Of a stretch of DNA of 36,244 nt, positions 1-9,237 are shown piece after piece. The first letter of the stretch is position 1; every line of letters begins with the position of its first letter. The notes under the pieces are model-generated. The model saw only the letters and a list, made by a program, of their open reading frames with translations. It was not told the origin of the DNA and ran no database searches. The position numbers and the translations under genes were made by a program. The DNA is from Bacteroidia bacterium (GTDB taxonomy: Bacteria > Bacteroidota > Bacteroidia > SpSt-205), in the NCBI GenBank assembly GCA_025059915.1, contig JANXDD010000005.1, forward strand, positions 1 to 36,244, written 5' to 3'.

Positions 1-83
1 CTCAGGAGGCTGGCACTATCCCATATGAGATTTTGGCTCGTCTCTCTCCCAGAGTGTATAGAATGTACTCATGGGGTGGATGA
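1..83 (+). CDS. alr: Alanine racemase, C-terminal fragment (gene runs off the window; in Bacteroidota often a MurF-Alr fusion)
   Basis: Not in the ORF track. The frame starting at base 3 reads QEAGTIPYEILARLSPRVYRMYSWGG*, matching the Alr C-terminal GTIxYE...SxRVxR motif. TGA at 81-83 overlaps the birA ATG (ATGA). Confidence 0.85.
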   Translation, partial: QEAGTIPYEILARLSPRVYRMYSWGG

Positions 84-793
84 AACGGTATTTTTTCCCT
101 GAGCTGGACTCTACGCAGAGCCTTCTGCGAGAATGGGCTGAGAATCATTTTTATCCTTCTGGTACGCTTGTATGGACTTTTCATCAGCGGGCAGGCTATG
201 GACGAAAGGGCTCCTCTTGGTACGCCGCTCCCGGTGAAAGTCTTACTTTTAGCTTTCTTCTGCGGGAAAAGATAGAGCCTGAGACGCTGCTGGCGCGGGC
301 GGCATTAGCCTTGTATGATACAGTTTCCCCGTATGTTTCTTCTCCCCTTTATCTCAAGTGGCCTAATGACCTATGGGCAGGAGCCCGTGGGAAGCTGGCA
401 GGAATTCTGGCGGAGGTGCGATGGGCTGGAGCTCACCCCTTATATGCAATCATAGGAATCGGAGTCAATGTATATCAGCGGGAATTTCCCGCTGGCCTAC
501 AGGCGGTAAGTTTAGCTCAAATAGGAAGTCCCCCTTCCGAGTTAGAGCGCTTATTGGAGGAGTTTGAAAAGGCCTTTCTGGGGTGGAGTACAGCGGAGGC
601 AAGCTATGTGCGAGAGAGGTTTGTAGAACGGGCCTGGCGAGAAGGTATTCTCTCCCAGGAGGGGCATAGCTTGCCAGCATACCTTTTGAAATGGACAGAG
701 GCAAACGAAATACACTTTGAAACTCCGAAGGGGCTGTATGTATGCCCTGCTGGACAAGTGGAAATGATATGGAAGGCCCGCTTTTCTGCATAG
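80..793 (+). CDS. birA: Biotin--[acetyl-CoA-carboxylase] ligase, class I (no N-terminal HTH)
   Basis: Motifs LDSTQ, QRAGYGRKG, LKWPND, KLAGIL, IGIGVN. Start placed at ATG 80 (ATGA overlap with alr) rather than 71. Confidence 0.93.
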   Translation: MKRYFFPELDSTQSLLREWAENHFYPSGTLVWTFHQRAGYGRKGSSWYAAPGESLTFSFLLREKIEPETLLARAALALYDTVSPYVSSPLYLKWPNDLWAGARGKLAGILAEVRWAGAHPLYAIIGIGVNVYQREFPAGLQAVSLAQIGSPPSELERLLEEFEKAFLGWSTAEASYVRERFVERAWREGILSQEGHSLPAYLLKWTEANEIHFETPKGLYVCPAGQVEMIWKARFSA

Positions 794-1497
794 ATGTAGG
801 CAATAGCACGGTGAAAGTCGCTCAGTTTTCTCCTGCGGGAGAGATGCTGGGGCTGGAGCCTATAGAAGAGCCTGAGCAGCTTCTTTCTCTTACTGGGAAA
901 AGGGTTGTTTATATAGATACTCGGCTGGAGCCGCACTGGCGGGCTCGCCTCGCTGAAATAGGAGCGGAAGAGCTCTCCCTAAGCCGAGGAGTACCTTTTG
1001 TGTCGGATTATACCTTGCAGTTAGGGCCTGAGAGAGCAGCTCAGATTATAGCGGTGTGGGAAAGTGGGAAGTTTCCAGCGGTTATCCTTAGTTTAGGCAC
1101 CGCTTGTACGATAGACTACATAGATGCGGGGGGAAGGCACCGAGGGGGAACTATTACAGCGGGAATTCACTTGCGTCTGCGAGCGCTGAAAGAGGGAACA
1201 GGGCGGCTGCCCTGGGTAGAGCCGCAAAAAAGAGCGCTCCAACTTGGCACTAATACGGAAGAAGCCATCATAGCAGGGGTGGTGGGAGGCTTTCGGTTAG
1301 AGCTTAGGGCTCGGCTAGAGAGCCTTAGGAAGCAGTATGGGGATTTTTCTATTTGGGTTACAGGGGGAGAAGTAGAGCTGGTCAAGGATGAACTTCCCGC
1401 GGACGCTATCTTTGCGCCTGAACTGACACTGCGTGGCGTGTGGCTCTGGCAGCGATTTTTGCATACCTCTGGGGGCAGCTCACTTTCAATCCTTTGA
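769..1497 (+). CDS. coaX: Type III pantothenate kinase
   Basis: IDVGNS, LGPER (for GxDR), SLGTACTID, GGTITAG, LGTNTEEAIIAG, VTGG. Start ATG 769 overlaps the end of birA. Confidence 0.9.
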   Translation: MEGPLFCIDVGNSTVKVAQFSPAGEMLGLEPIEEPEQLLSLTGKRVVYIDTRLEPHWRARLAEIGAEELSLSRGVPFVSDYTLQLGPERAAQIIAVWESGKFPAVILSLGTACTIDYIDAGGRHRGGTITAGIHLRLRALKEGTGRLPWVEPQKRALQLGTNTEEAIIAGVVGGFRLELRARLESLRKQYGDFSIWVTGGEVELVKDELPADAIFAPELTLRGVWLWQRFLHTSGGSSLSIL

Positions 1498-2615
1498 GCG
1501 GGTATGGGACGGGGTTTCCGCATTTGACGGCGTCGGGGGGTGGATTGGGAATGGGGCGGCTTTCGGTGGTAGGGCTCGGGGTTGGCCTTCCTGAGCAGCC
1601 AGCCCATAGTGCCCATCTCTCAGCCATGCAAGCGGATTTCAGCGGCTATGGGCGCTCTCAAATCCTGCGCACCTCCACCCAGCGCGCCCGCTTCGGCTCA
1701 GGCTCGCTTCAAAACCTCCAAATGAGCTTTGCCCGAGGTAAGGGTTGGGGGTTTGCTATCGGACTTTCCCCCCAAGCCCTCCAGGGGTACCAAGGAAGCT
1801 CTCACCTTCGCTCCCCCCTTGCTTTCCGATATGCAGAAAAAGCTGAGGGACTTCTTTCCTTGGCTTATCTTCAGGTCGGCTTTCGGTGGAAGCAGCTTGG
1901 ATTAGGTTATCAGTTTGGCTATCTGTGGGGCACTTATGAGCGGCAGCGCAGCATCCAGCTTCTGGACCAGCTTCTTCCAGACCTTTTACTTACTACTTTG
2001 CGGCTGAGCGGCGTCCAGCATCGCATCGGCGCCCTATGGCAAGACTCTCTCAAAAGCTGGGCTTATCAGCTGAGTCTCTCCTACGCCTTGCCAACGCAGC
2101 TTCACTATGAGCTCACTTACAGCTTTCAGAAAAATTTTTCCCTTACCAGCATCCTCGTGGATACTTTTGCCAATGGTGGCGGGAAAATGGACTATTCCCC
2201 TGCGCTGCGTGGAGGCTTTACTATAGGAAATGCTCAGTGGCGGATGGGTGTAGAGGGAGCAGTAGTAAAGGGCGGGCAAAAGTGGTCGGGAGCGGGTTTG
2301 CCTTCAGCGGAGGGACGGACAGGCTGGGATGTACGCTTTGGAATAGAGTGGCAGCCAGATTCCCGCAGTAATGCGTTCTATAAGCGTTTGAGATATCAGG
2401 GGGGAGGATATGTCGCCCAGATGCCTTATGTGGATTTACATTTTTATGGGGTTACGACTGGCATCGGCTGGCAGTTTCCTCGCAGTCCTAATCTCGTTTA
2501 TTTAGCGGTGGAATATGGACATGCTCCCCATCCGCAGATCAGAGAGACTTTTCTTCAAGTCAGCGTTGCAGCCGTTTTCCGAGAGCTATGGTTTATCCCG
2601 CCGCGTATAGACTGA
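1440..2615 (+). CDS. Outer-membrane beta-barrel protein (FadL-like family commonly found after coaX in Bacteroidota)
   Basis: GTG start, short signal-like N-terminus, NPLSGYGTG (resembles the SPYSxYGLG motif), alternating aromatic beta-strands, C-terminal ELWFIPPRID. Confidence 0.7.
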   Translation: MALAAIFAYLWGQLTFNPLSGYGTGFPHLTASGGGLGMGRLSVVGLGVGLPEQPAHSAHLSAMQADFSGYGRSQILRTSTQRARFGSGSLQNLQMSFARGKGWGFAIGLSPQALQGYQGSSHLRSPLAFRYAEKAEGLLSLAYLQVGFRWKQLGLGYQFGYLWGTYERQRSIQLLDQLLPDLLLTTLRLSGVQHRIGALWQDSLKSWAYQLSLSYALPTQLHYELTYSFQKNFSLTSILVDTFANGGGKMDYSPALRGGFTIGNAQWRMGVEGAVVKGGQKWSGAGLPSAEGRTGWDVRFGIEWQPDSRSNAFYKRLRYQGGGYVAQMPYVDLHFYGVTTGIGWQFPRSPNLVYLAVEYGHAPHPQIRETFLQVSVAAVFRELWFIPPRID

Positions 2616-2638
2616 GCATCTGCCTAACTTTCCGCAGC

Positions 2639-4087
2639 ATGAGGGGTAAAGGTTTTGCACTGCGATATGCCGGAGGAGGGGACTATTCTTTGCGTATCCT
2701 TGTCCGATTTTTCCTTGGCCTGATTATTCTACGGGGGGCAGGAGAAAGGGGATATGCGCAAGTTTCCCTTCCCCTCTTTCCGCCGGCGAAAGCACAGCGG
2801 ATTACTTTGCCTGTTTTTCTGAACGAGGTTCGCCGAAATGCGCTGGCTATTCGTCAAGCGGGCGTAGCCTTACGTCCTGTCCAAGCTGAGCTTCAGCAGG
2901 CATATGCAGCCTTTTTTCCCTCTCTAAATGCGAGTGCCAGTGCGACTCAGAACTATGGTACGACCTTTGACCCTTTTGCATTTGATAGGGTTCAGCAGAC
3001 TACGACATTTGCCTCGGGGTCTGTGAGTGCAGGGTGGATCATTTTTGCTGGCTTGGCTAATCATTACCTCCTTCGCCAGGCTCGGGCTAATGCCGCCCTT
3101 ACGCAGGCCAGCTATAGGCGCACTCAGACAGAGGTTTTAGCTCAGGCTCTTATTCAGTTTAGTCAAACTTTGAGCGACTCTTTTCTGATAGCTCTTTCTC
3201 ACCAGCGAATAGAGCGGCTGCGCGACCAGCTTCGGCGCTTTGCAGCGCAAGCTCAAGCCGGGCAGGTTCTTTCGGCAGACAGTTTGTCTATTTCAGCCCA
3301 GATTGCTCGTGAAGAAGCCCAGTACCTCACCCTCTACAATCGTCATCGGGAGAATAAGCTCTTTCTCCTTCAACTGATGGGATGGGATTCGGTGTCGGTA
3401 GATTCGGTGGAATTCAGCTTAGGGGTGGAGGTGCCTGACCTTGGGCTTTTGACGGAAGAAGAAGCAATTCAGCTTGCCCTTCGTAATGCCCCTGAGATAG
3501 AAGAAGCCCGATGGCGAACTGTAGTTCAGACTTACAGCTTGCGAGCAGCACGCGCTGCCTATTTTCCAACTCTTTCATTGGGCGCCTCTCTCCAGACAAA
3601 CTATTCCTCTAACGCCGGGAATGTGCGGTTTGATCCAGCGAGGGGATTAGTACGGGAGCCTCTCTCTTTTGAGCGGCAGGTCAGGGAAAACTTCAATCAG
3701 TCCATTTCTCTTTCTTTGTCTGTGCCTATTTTTCAGCAGCTGCGCCGGCGGACGCAAGTAGCTCGGGCCGAAGGGGCTCTTCGCAGCGCAGAAATTCAAG
3801 TGGAGATTCAGAGGCAGCAGGTGGTGCGGCGCACCCAGCAGGCTTATCTGGCGTGGCGAAATGCTCTCCAGCAAGAGGCTGCCCTACGCTATAGTGTAGA
3901 GGCTTCTCAAAGGGCTCTCCAGCAGGCTCAGATTCAATATGAAGCTGGTAGGCTCTCTTATTGGGGCTACCGAGAAGCGCTTCTCACGGCTACACAAGCT
4001 CAGCTGGAGCTAGAGCAAGCCCGACTAGATAAAGCATTCCGAGCTATCTTGCTGGCAGCATACACTGGCAAATACACTGGCCTATGA
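2639..4087 (+). CDS. TolC family outer-membrane efflux protein
   Basis: Two OEP repeats (AYAAFFPSLNASAS; ARAAYFPTLSLGAS), LSVPIF, QYEAGRLS, helical Gln/Ala-rich segments. Start uncertain: ATG 2639 or TTG 2690. Confidence 0.9.
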   Translation: MRGKGFALRYAGGGDYSLRILVRFFLGLIILRGAGERGYAQVSLPLFPPAKAQRITLPVFLNEVRRNALAIRQAGVALRPVQAELQQAYAAFFPSLNASASATQNYGTTFDPFAFDRVQQTTTFASGSVSAGWIIFAGLANHYLLRQARANAALTQASYRRTQTEVLAQALIQFSQTLSDSFLIALSHQRIERLRDQLRRFAAQAQAGQVLSADSLSISAQIAREEAQYLTLYNRHRENKLFLLQLMGWDSVSVDSVEFSLGVEVPDLGLLTEEEAIQLALRNAPEIEEARWRTVVQTYSLRAARAAYFPTLSLGASLQTNYSSNAGNVRFDPARGLVREPLSFERQVRENFNQSISLSLSVPIFQQLRRRTQVARAEGALRSAEIQVEIQRQQVVRRTQQAYLAWRNALQQEAALRYSVEASQRALQQAQIQYEAGRLSYWGYREALLTATQAQLELEQARLDKAFRAILLAAYTGKYTGL

Positions 4088-5322
4088 GGCGCTGGCAATG
4101 GCTTCTTCTCATAGGAATAGGGCTCCTCTTACTATTTGGGGTGGGGCGATGGGCGTGTGGAGGCGACGGAGCTCTCACTGTAGAAGTGGATACCCTGCGA
4201 AGGCGAACCATCCGTCCTTTCATCACGGAGACAGCAGTCATCCGACCTGTAGTGGAAGTGCCTATTAGCCCAGATGTATCAGGCGAAGTAGTGCGGATTT
4301 ATGTGAAAGAAGGAGATACGGTAAAAGCAGGGCAGCTTCTTTTTACCATCCGACCAGATAACTACCGTATGGCTCTTCTTCAGATGCAGGCGGCTCTGGA
4401 GGAAGCAAAGGCTCAGTATGCCTCAGCTCAAGCTGCTTTAGCCCAGCAGGCAGCTGCTTTCATTCAAGAATCCCTTGCTTATGAGCGAGCAAAGCGGCTC
4501 TACGAAGGACGAGCCCTCTCAGAGGCTGAATGGGATGCGGCTCGCCTGCGCTATCAGATTAGTCAAGCTCAGCGACAAAGTGCCGAAAACTCTGTCCGAG
4601 CGGCATTCCATCGCATTCGGAGTGTGCAAGCTAACCTTGACCGCACGAAGTTGGATTACGAGCGTACCTCTGTTTATGCTTCCATGGATGGAGTGATTAC
4701 ACGCTTGCTTGTACGGGTGGGGCAGCGAGTGGTCGGTGTAGGACAAATGGCAGGCACCGAAAGCGTCCGTATCGCAGACCTGAGCCGATTTCTCGTAGAA
4801 ACTCAAATCTCTGAAAATGACGTCGTACGCCTACATGTAGGCGATTCAGTGAGTATTGAGGTTCAAGCCTATCCAGAACTGAAACTGCGGGGATATGTGC
4901 AGCAGATTGGGTATAGCTCTGGGAGAGCTTCCCCCCAAAGTGAAGCGGCCAGCGCCCTCGCAGGAGAACAGGTGAGTACCTATCTCGTCCGCATAGCGAT
5001 AGATACCTCAGGCTATGATCCAAAGAAGTATCCCCTACGCCCCGATATGAGCGCTCTGGTACGGATTTATTATGCTAAACGCGAGAATGTACTGACTTTA
5101 CCACTTCAAGCCATTGTTTTACGCAGGGGTGAGGAGGTCGTATATGAAGTGCGGGAGGGAAAGGCTATTGAGCGAAAAGTCCGCAGTGGCTTAGCCGATG
5201 ATAAATGGGTGGAAGTGGAGGGGGAGCTTCAAGAAGGGGCGCTCATAGTTACAGGTCCCTACGAGGTGCTGCAAGAGCGGTTGAGAGATAGTGTGGAGGT
5301 TAGCATTCGTTCTCGCTTGTGA
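4084..5322 (+). CDS. Efflux periplasmic adaptor subunit (MacA/HlyD-like membrane fusion protein)
   Basis: N-terminal TM segment, lipoyl half-motifs ISPDVSGEVVRIYVKEGDTVKAGQLL and YASMDGVI, coiled-coil hairpin, LRPDMSA, GELQEGALIVTG. ATGA overlap with TolC. Confidence 0.92.
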   Translation: MRRWQWLLLIGIGLLLLFGVGRWACGGDGALTVEVDTLRRRTIRPFITETAVIRPVVEVPISPDVSGEVVRIYVKEGDTVKAGQLLFTIRPDNYRMALLQMQAALEEAKAQYASAQAALAQQAAAFIQESLAYERAKRLYEGRALSEAEWDAARLRYQISQAQRQSAENSVRAAFHRIRSVQANLDRTKLDYERTSVYASMDGVITRLLVRVGQRVVGVGQMAGTESVRIADLSRFLVETQISENDVVRLHVGDSVSIEVQAYPELKLRGYVQQIGYSSGRASPQSEAASALAGEQVSTYLVRIAIDTSGYDPKKYPLRPDMSALVRIYYAKRENVLTLPLQAIVLRRGEEVVYEVREGKAIERKVRSGLADDKWVEVEGELQEGALIVTGPYEVLQERLRDSVEVSIRSRL

Positions 5323-6281
5323 AGGTAGGGCTTATTGGGTCAGGCAGTTGGGCTTGTGCTCTTGCTTCTTTGATTTGTCAGAATAGGCATACCCTTCTGT
5401 GGTGGGTGCGGCGTCCAGAAGTAGCCGCCACCCTGCGTAGGGAAGGTCGGCATCTGGAGGTCTTTCCAGAATACGTTTTTCCCCAGCAGTGTGTGGAGTT
5501 TGTTACTTCGGACATTACGGCGGTATTGGGGGAGGCTGAGCTTTTGATTTTAGCGATACCTGCGCGGTATGTGTGGAGCACTTTGGAGAAGGTGGATTTT
5601 CCTGAAGGGGTTCCGTGGGTTTCAGGGACAAAAGGGCTTCTTTTTGAGACTGGACTGCGTCCCAGTGAGTACCTTTCTCGCCGAGGGGTGAAAGAGCTGG
5701 CAATTCTCAGCGGCCCCAGTTATGCCGAAGAAGTGCTTGCTTGCCGACCGACATGGGTCGGCTTAGGCACAGCATCCTTTCATCTCCGAGAAGTAGTACA
5801 GGCGGTCTTAGGTACTTCATTTTTCCATTTGCTTCCGACTGCGGCTGTGGAATCTTTAGAGTGGGTGGGCATTTTGAAGAATATCTACGCCATAGGGATC
5901 GGGGCAGTGAGCCTTTTGGGGGATAACGCTCGGGCGGCGCTGGCAGCGGCGATGCTGAGGGAGCTGCAGGCTATTCTATCCGTCTGGGTGCCAGAGGAGA
6001 AGGTAGAGGTGCTCTCCCCGCCATGGGCGGGGGATTTTTTAGTTACTGCATTCGGGACGCTGAGCCGCAATCAGCGTCTGGGGCAGTACTTAGCTCAGGG
6101 CTATCGTCCTCGCACGGCATTGGCTCGGCTCGGCACAGAAGCAGAAGGATATTATGCTGCCCTCTCCCTGCGCAGCCGTATAAGTCCAGAGTTTCCCCTC
6201 CTCTATACCATCACACGCGTCTTGAATGAGGAGGAGCTTTCCGAAAACCTTAGCTCGCATTTGTTGAGGCTCCTTTCCTGA
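5319..6281 (+). CDS. gpsA: NAD(P)H-dependent glycerol-3-phosphate dehydrogenase
   Basis: IGSGSWA Rossmann motif, SGTKG, LSGPSYAEEV, catalytic LKNIYAI, GDFLVT...SRN, AEGYYA. GTGA overlap with the MFP gene. Confidence 0.93.
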   Translation: MKVGLIGSGSWACALASLICQNRHTLLWWVRRPEVAATLRREGRHLEVFPEYVFPQQCVEFVTSDITAVLGEAELLILAIPARYVWSTLEKVDFPEGVPWVSGTKGLLFETGLRPSEYLSRRGVKELAILSGPSYAEEVLACRPTWVGLGTASFHLREVVQAVLGTSFFHLLPTAAVESLEWVGILKNIYAIGIGAVSLLGDNARAALAAAMLRELQAILSVWVPEEKVEVLSPPWAGDFLVTAFGTLSRNQRLGQYLAQGYRPRTALARLGTEAEGYYAALSLRSRISPEFPLLYTITRVLNEEELSENLSSHLLRLLS

Positions 6282-6286
6282 TGATT

Positions 6287-6811
6287 TTACCACTCCTTTA
6301 TATCCTCTCGCCGAAGGCGCTTAGGAATGTATCTGTGGGGGCGATAGAAGCCGCCTATTTGAGCCTCTGCCGTAGGCAAAATCCGCCAAAAGGTTGGGTA
6401 GGCTCTGTGAAGTTGAACCCCTACTCCGCCTTGAAGGTAAAAACGCTGCAGGTAAGGCTCTAACCACACCCGTATCCCCGAGAGAATCATCATCCGCGTG
6501 TCCCAGCGAGTTTCCCTGCCCGGTAGGTACCGCTGGTGAATATGAAATCCAACATAAAGAGGGCGGTCATACCTTTCTTTTTTCATAAAAAAGCCAACGG
6601 GATGAGAAACTCCCAAAGAAAAGTAGGCAGGGATGGGGGAGCAGTGGAAAAAAGTGTGATTGTACCGAAGGGCTAAAGCGGGTCGCGCCCATAGATGAAC
6701 CCCACCTATGCCCCAGCTTCCCCCCCAGTAAAAGGGCTTGGGAGCATCTAAAGGCTGACTATAGGCGACGCAGCTTCCCAGCAGCCCAATCCACTTGATA
6801 GCGGCTCTCAC
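6287..6811 (-). CDS. Hypothetical exported protein, possibly a small beta-rich outer-membrane protein
   Basis: GTG 6811 gives a signal-like N-terminus MRAAIKWIGLLGSCVAYSQ, followed by aromatic/Gly alternating strands. Fills the gap between gpsA and the upstream lipoprotein gene. Start uncertain (ORF extends to 6847). Confidence 0.6.
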   Translation of the reverse strand: MRAAIKWIGLLGSCVAYSQPLDAPKPFYWGGSWGIGGVHLWARPALALRYNHTFFHCSPIPAYFSLGVSHPVGFFMKKERYDRPLYVGFHIHQRYLPGRETRWDTRMMILSGIRVWLEPYLQRFYLQGGVGVQLHRAYPTFWRILPTAEAQIGGFYRPHRYIPKRLRREDIKEW

Positions 6812-7328
6812 TGGTAGTCGTCGTAGTGCGCGGCTCCTCTCCAACAAAGTCTGTTACTCGCTCTTCACTGCGCCTTAGGAGGCTGCCATCCCGTTCCAAT
6901 AGAGCTTGAGCTTGACTTACTCTATTCGGAAAAACCTGCTGATAGGCACACAGGAGGGTATCTAACAGATTGCAAGTGCTATCTGTCAAAAGGGCATAGA
7001 AGAGGGTGCCGTCGGGAGACATTAGCTCTATGAACCAGAGCTCTCGGGCCTCTGGTCCTTTCCAGCGACCAATGGGAGCATACACGCCCACAGGTAGCAC
7101 CTGCTTTTTGAGCCATTCTTGCACCTCTGGAGAAAATGGATCCATGGACCGTCCTGAGGGAATTTGCACAGGAGGGACTACGGGAGGAAGTCCATTTCTC
7201 AGCTCCTCACAGACAGAGGGACTACCGAGATTAAGAGGAGGGGCTTCTTCTGTCGGCGTAGAAGAAGGAGTAGGACTACAAGAACTTAGAAGGCATAAGA
7301 GCCCTGCCCATACATACCTGTAGGTCAT
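6759..7328 (-). CDS. Hypothetical lipoprotein
   Basis: MTYRYVWAGLLCLLSS-C lipobox, Pro/Ser/Thr linker after the Cys, own -7 promoter box 4 nt upstream. Confidence 0.8.
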   Translation of the reverse strand: MTYRYVWAGLLCLLSSCSPTPSSTPTEEAPPLNLGSPSVCEELRNGLPPVVPPVQIPSGRSMDPFSPEVQEWLKKQVLPVGVYAPIGRWKGPEARELWFIELMSPDGTLFYALLTDSTCNLLDTLLCAYQQVFPNRVSQAQALLERDGSLLRRSEERVTDFVGEEPRTTTTTSESRYQVDWAAGKLRRL

Positions 7329-7332
7329 GATA

Positions 7333-7340
7333 CAAACTTA
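7333..7340 (-). promoter_or_regulatory. Bacteroidota -7 promoter element TAAGTTTG
   Basis: Perfect TAnnTTTG, 4 nt before ATG 7328. Confidence 0.75.
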
Positions 7341-7365
7341 CGGGCTTTTTATGAGAATAGATGCG

Positions 7366-7373
7366 TAATATTG
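7366..7373 (+). promoter_or_regulatory. Candidate -7 element for glmS (TAATATTG)
   Basis: One mismatch to TAnnTTTG, 6 nt before ATG 7380. Confidence 0.45.
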
Positions 7374-7379
7374 CAAGCA

Positions 7380-9230
7380 ATGTGCGGTATCGTAGCTTAT
7401 ACGGGTTTCCGCAGCGCAGCGCCTCTCTTGATAGAGGGCCTTCGCCGGCTGGAATACCGGGGATACGATTCTGCTGGGCTCGTTACTCTCTCTAATGGTC
7501 AGTTCTGGCTTCGCAAGCAGGCAGGAAAAGTCTCAGCTTTGGCTCGTGTAACCGATGAGCGCTCAGTTCCCGGTACGGTTGGCATTGCTCATACTCGCTG
7601 GGCTACCCACGGCGCTCCCACCGATACCAACGCTCATCCCCATGTCAGCTATGATGAAAATCTCGTGCTGGTGCATAATGGCATCATAGAAAATCATGCT
7701 GCTCTGCGTGCGCGTTTAGAGCGGGAGGGCATAAGCTTTGTGAGCGAGACAGATACAGAGGTTTTAGCGCACTGGCTGGCGTGGATACGTCAGCAATATC
7801 CGACTGAGAGTTGGTCAGAGGTAATAAAGCGGGCTTTCGCTCACGTAGAGGGAACCTTTGGCATAGCTATTTTGGTCAAACAGGCCCCCGGGCTTGTGAT
7901 TTTGGTGAGGCGATTCAGTCCTCTCTTGATAGGATTAGGAAAGGGTGAATATATCGCTGCTTCGGATGCCACGGCTATTATCCCTTATACGCGGGAGGTG
8001 ATTCATTTGGAAGAGGATGAGGCTGCTCTTTTGCACCCAGACTTTTCGGAGCCAGAAATTTTCAGCCTGAAGGATAAGATACGCATTCCTCAGAGAGAGT
8101 ATATAGAGTGGGATGTAGCGGCGATTGAGCGGGGGGGCTATCCTCACTTTATGCTCAAAGAGATATTTGAGCAGCCTCAGGCTTTGCGTGAATGCATGCG
8201 GGGTCGGATTCGTCAAGAGCCTTTAGAGGTGCGGCTGGGAGGAATCAGTAGCGTAATGGACAAGCTCCTCTCTGCTTCTCGTCTCACTCTCGTGGGATGC
8301 GGAACCAGCTGGCATGCTGCCTTAGTTGGGGAATATCTGATAGAGCAGTTAGCTCGCGTCCCTGTGGAAGTTGAATATGCTTCAGAGTTTCGTTACAGGG
8401 ACCCCGTTATTTTGCCAGGCGATGTTGTTATAGGTATAAGTCAAAGTGGGGAAACCGCTGATACTTTGGCTGCCCTTCGCATGGCAAAAGCCCGAAATGC
8501 CCTCATTTTAGGCATCACGAACGTAGTAGGTTCCAGCATTCCACGTGAAACCCACGCAGGGATATACATTCATGCAGGTCCTGAGATAGGGGTGGCTTCT
8601 ACAAAAGCTTTTACGGCTCAGCTTACAGCGCTTACGCTTTTTGCCCTACATCTGGGAGCTGCTCGGTATGTCATAGACCGCAGCCTTCATGACCTTTTGA
8701 TAGAAACGCTTCTTGGGCTGCCTGACTTGGTAGCGCAGACCTTAGAACGGCTAAATGAGCCTGCCTTACACGTTGCTGAGCAGCTTGTCTCTGCGACAAA
8801 TGTGTTCTACCTGGGGCGGGGATATAACTTCCCAGTGGCTTTAGAGGGTGCTCTCAAGCTTAAGGAGATTGCCTACATTCATGCGGAGGGCTATCCTGCT
8901 GCTGAGATGAAACACGGCCCCATAGCGCTGATTGACAAAGGAATGCCAGTGGTAGTAATTGCTCTGCGGGACAGCCTTTATGAAAAGGTGCTGGGAAATA
9001 TCCAAGAGGTACGCGCCCGAGGGGCAAAAGTCATAGCTATTGCCACAGAGGGGGATGAACACATTCGTTCGTATGCGGAGGAGGTTCTGTACGTGCCAAA
9101 AGTACCTGAGCCTCTATCTCCAATTTTGGCCGTACTTCCGCTCCAGCTTTTAGCCTACCATACAGCGGTCTTACGCGGATGCGATGTAGACCAACCGCGC
9201 AATCTGGCTAAGTCAGTAACAGTAGAGTAA
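7380..9230 (+). CDS. glmS: Glutamine--fructose-6-phosphate aminotransferase (isomerizing)
   Basis: N-terminal MCGI (catalytic Cys1), LEYRGYDSAG, HTRWATHG, SQSGETADT, VASTKAF, C-terminal PRNLAKSVTVE. Confidence 0.99.
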   Translation: MCGIVAYTGFRSAAPLLIEGLRRLEYRGYDSAGLVTLSNGQFWLRKQAGKVSALARVTDERSVPGTVGIAHTRWATHGAPTDTNAHPHVSYDENLVLVHNGIIENHAALRARLEREGISFVSETDTEVLAHWLAWIRQQYPTESWSEVIKRAFAHVEGTFGIAILVKQAPGLVILVRRFSPLLIGLGKGEYIAASDATAIIPYTREVIHLEEDEAALLHPDFSEPEIFSLKDKIRIPQREYIEWDVAAIERGGYPHFMLKEIFEQPQALRECMRGRIRQEPLEVRLGGISSVMDKLLSASRLTLVGCGTSWHAALVGEYLIEQLARVPVEVEYASEFRYRDPVILPGDVVIGISQSGETADTLAALRMAKARNALILGITNVVGSSIPRETHAGIYIHAGPEIGVASTKAFTAQLTALTLFALHLGAARYVIDRSLHDLLIETLLGLPDLVAQTLERLNEPALHVAEQLVSATNVFYLGRGYNFPVALEGALKLKEIAYIHAEGYPAAEMKHGPIALIDKGMPVVVIALRDSLYEKVLGNIQEVRARGAKVIAIATEGDEHIRSYAEEVLYVPKVPEPLSPILAVLPLQLLAYHTAVLRGCDVDQPRNLAKSVTVE

Positions 9231-9237
9231 GCTCCTA

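Noticed and set aside
7329-7379. glmS ribozyme upstream of glmS
   Set aside because: Only 51 bp of intergenic space, occupied by two divergent promoter boxes; no room for the ribozyme.
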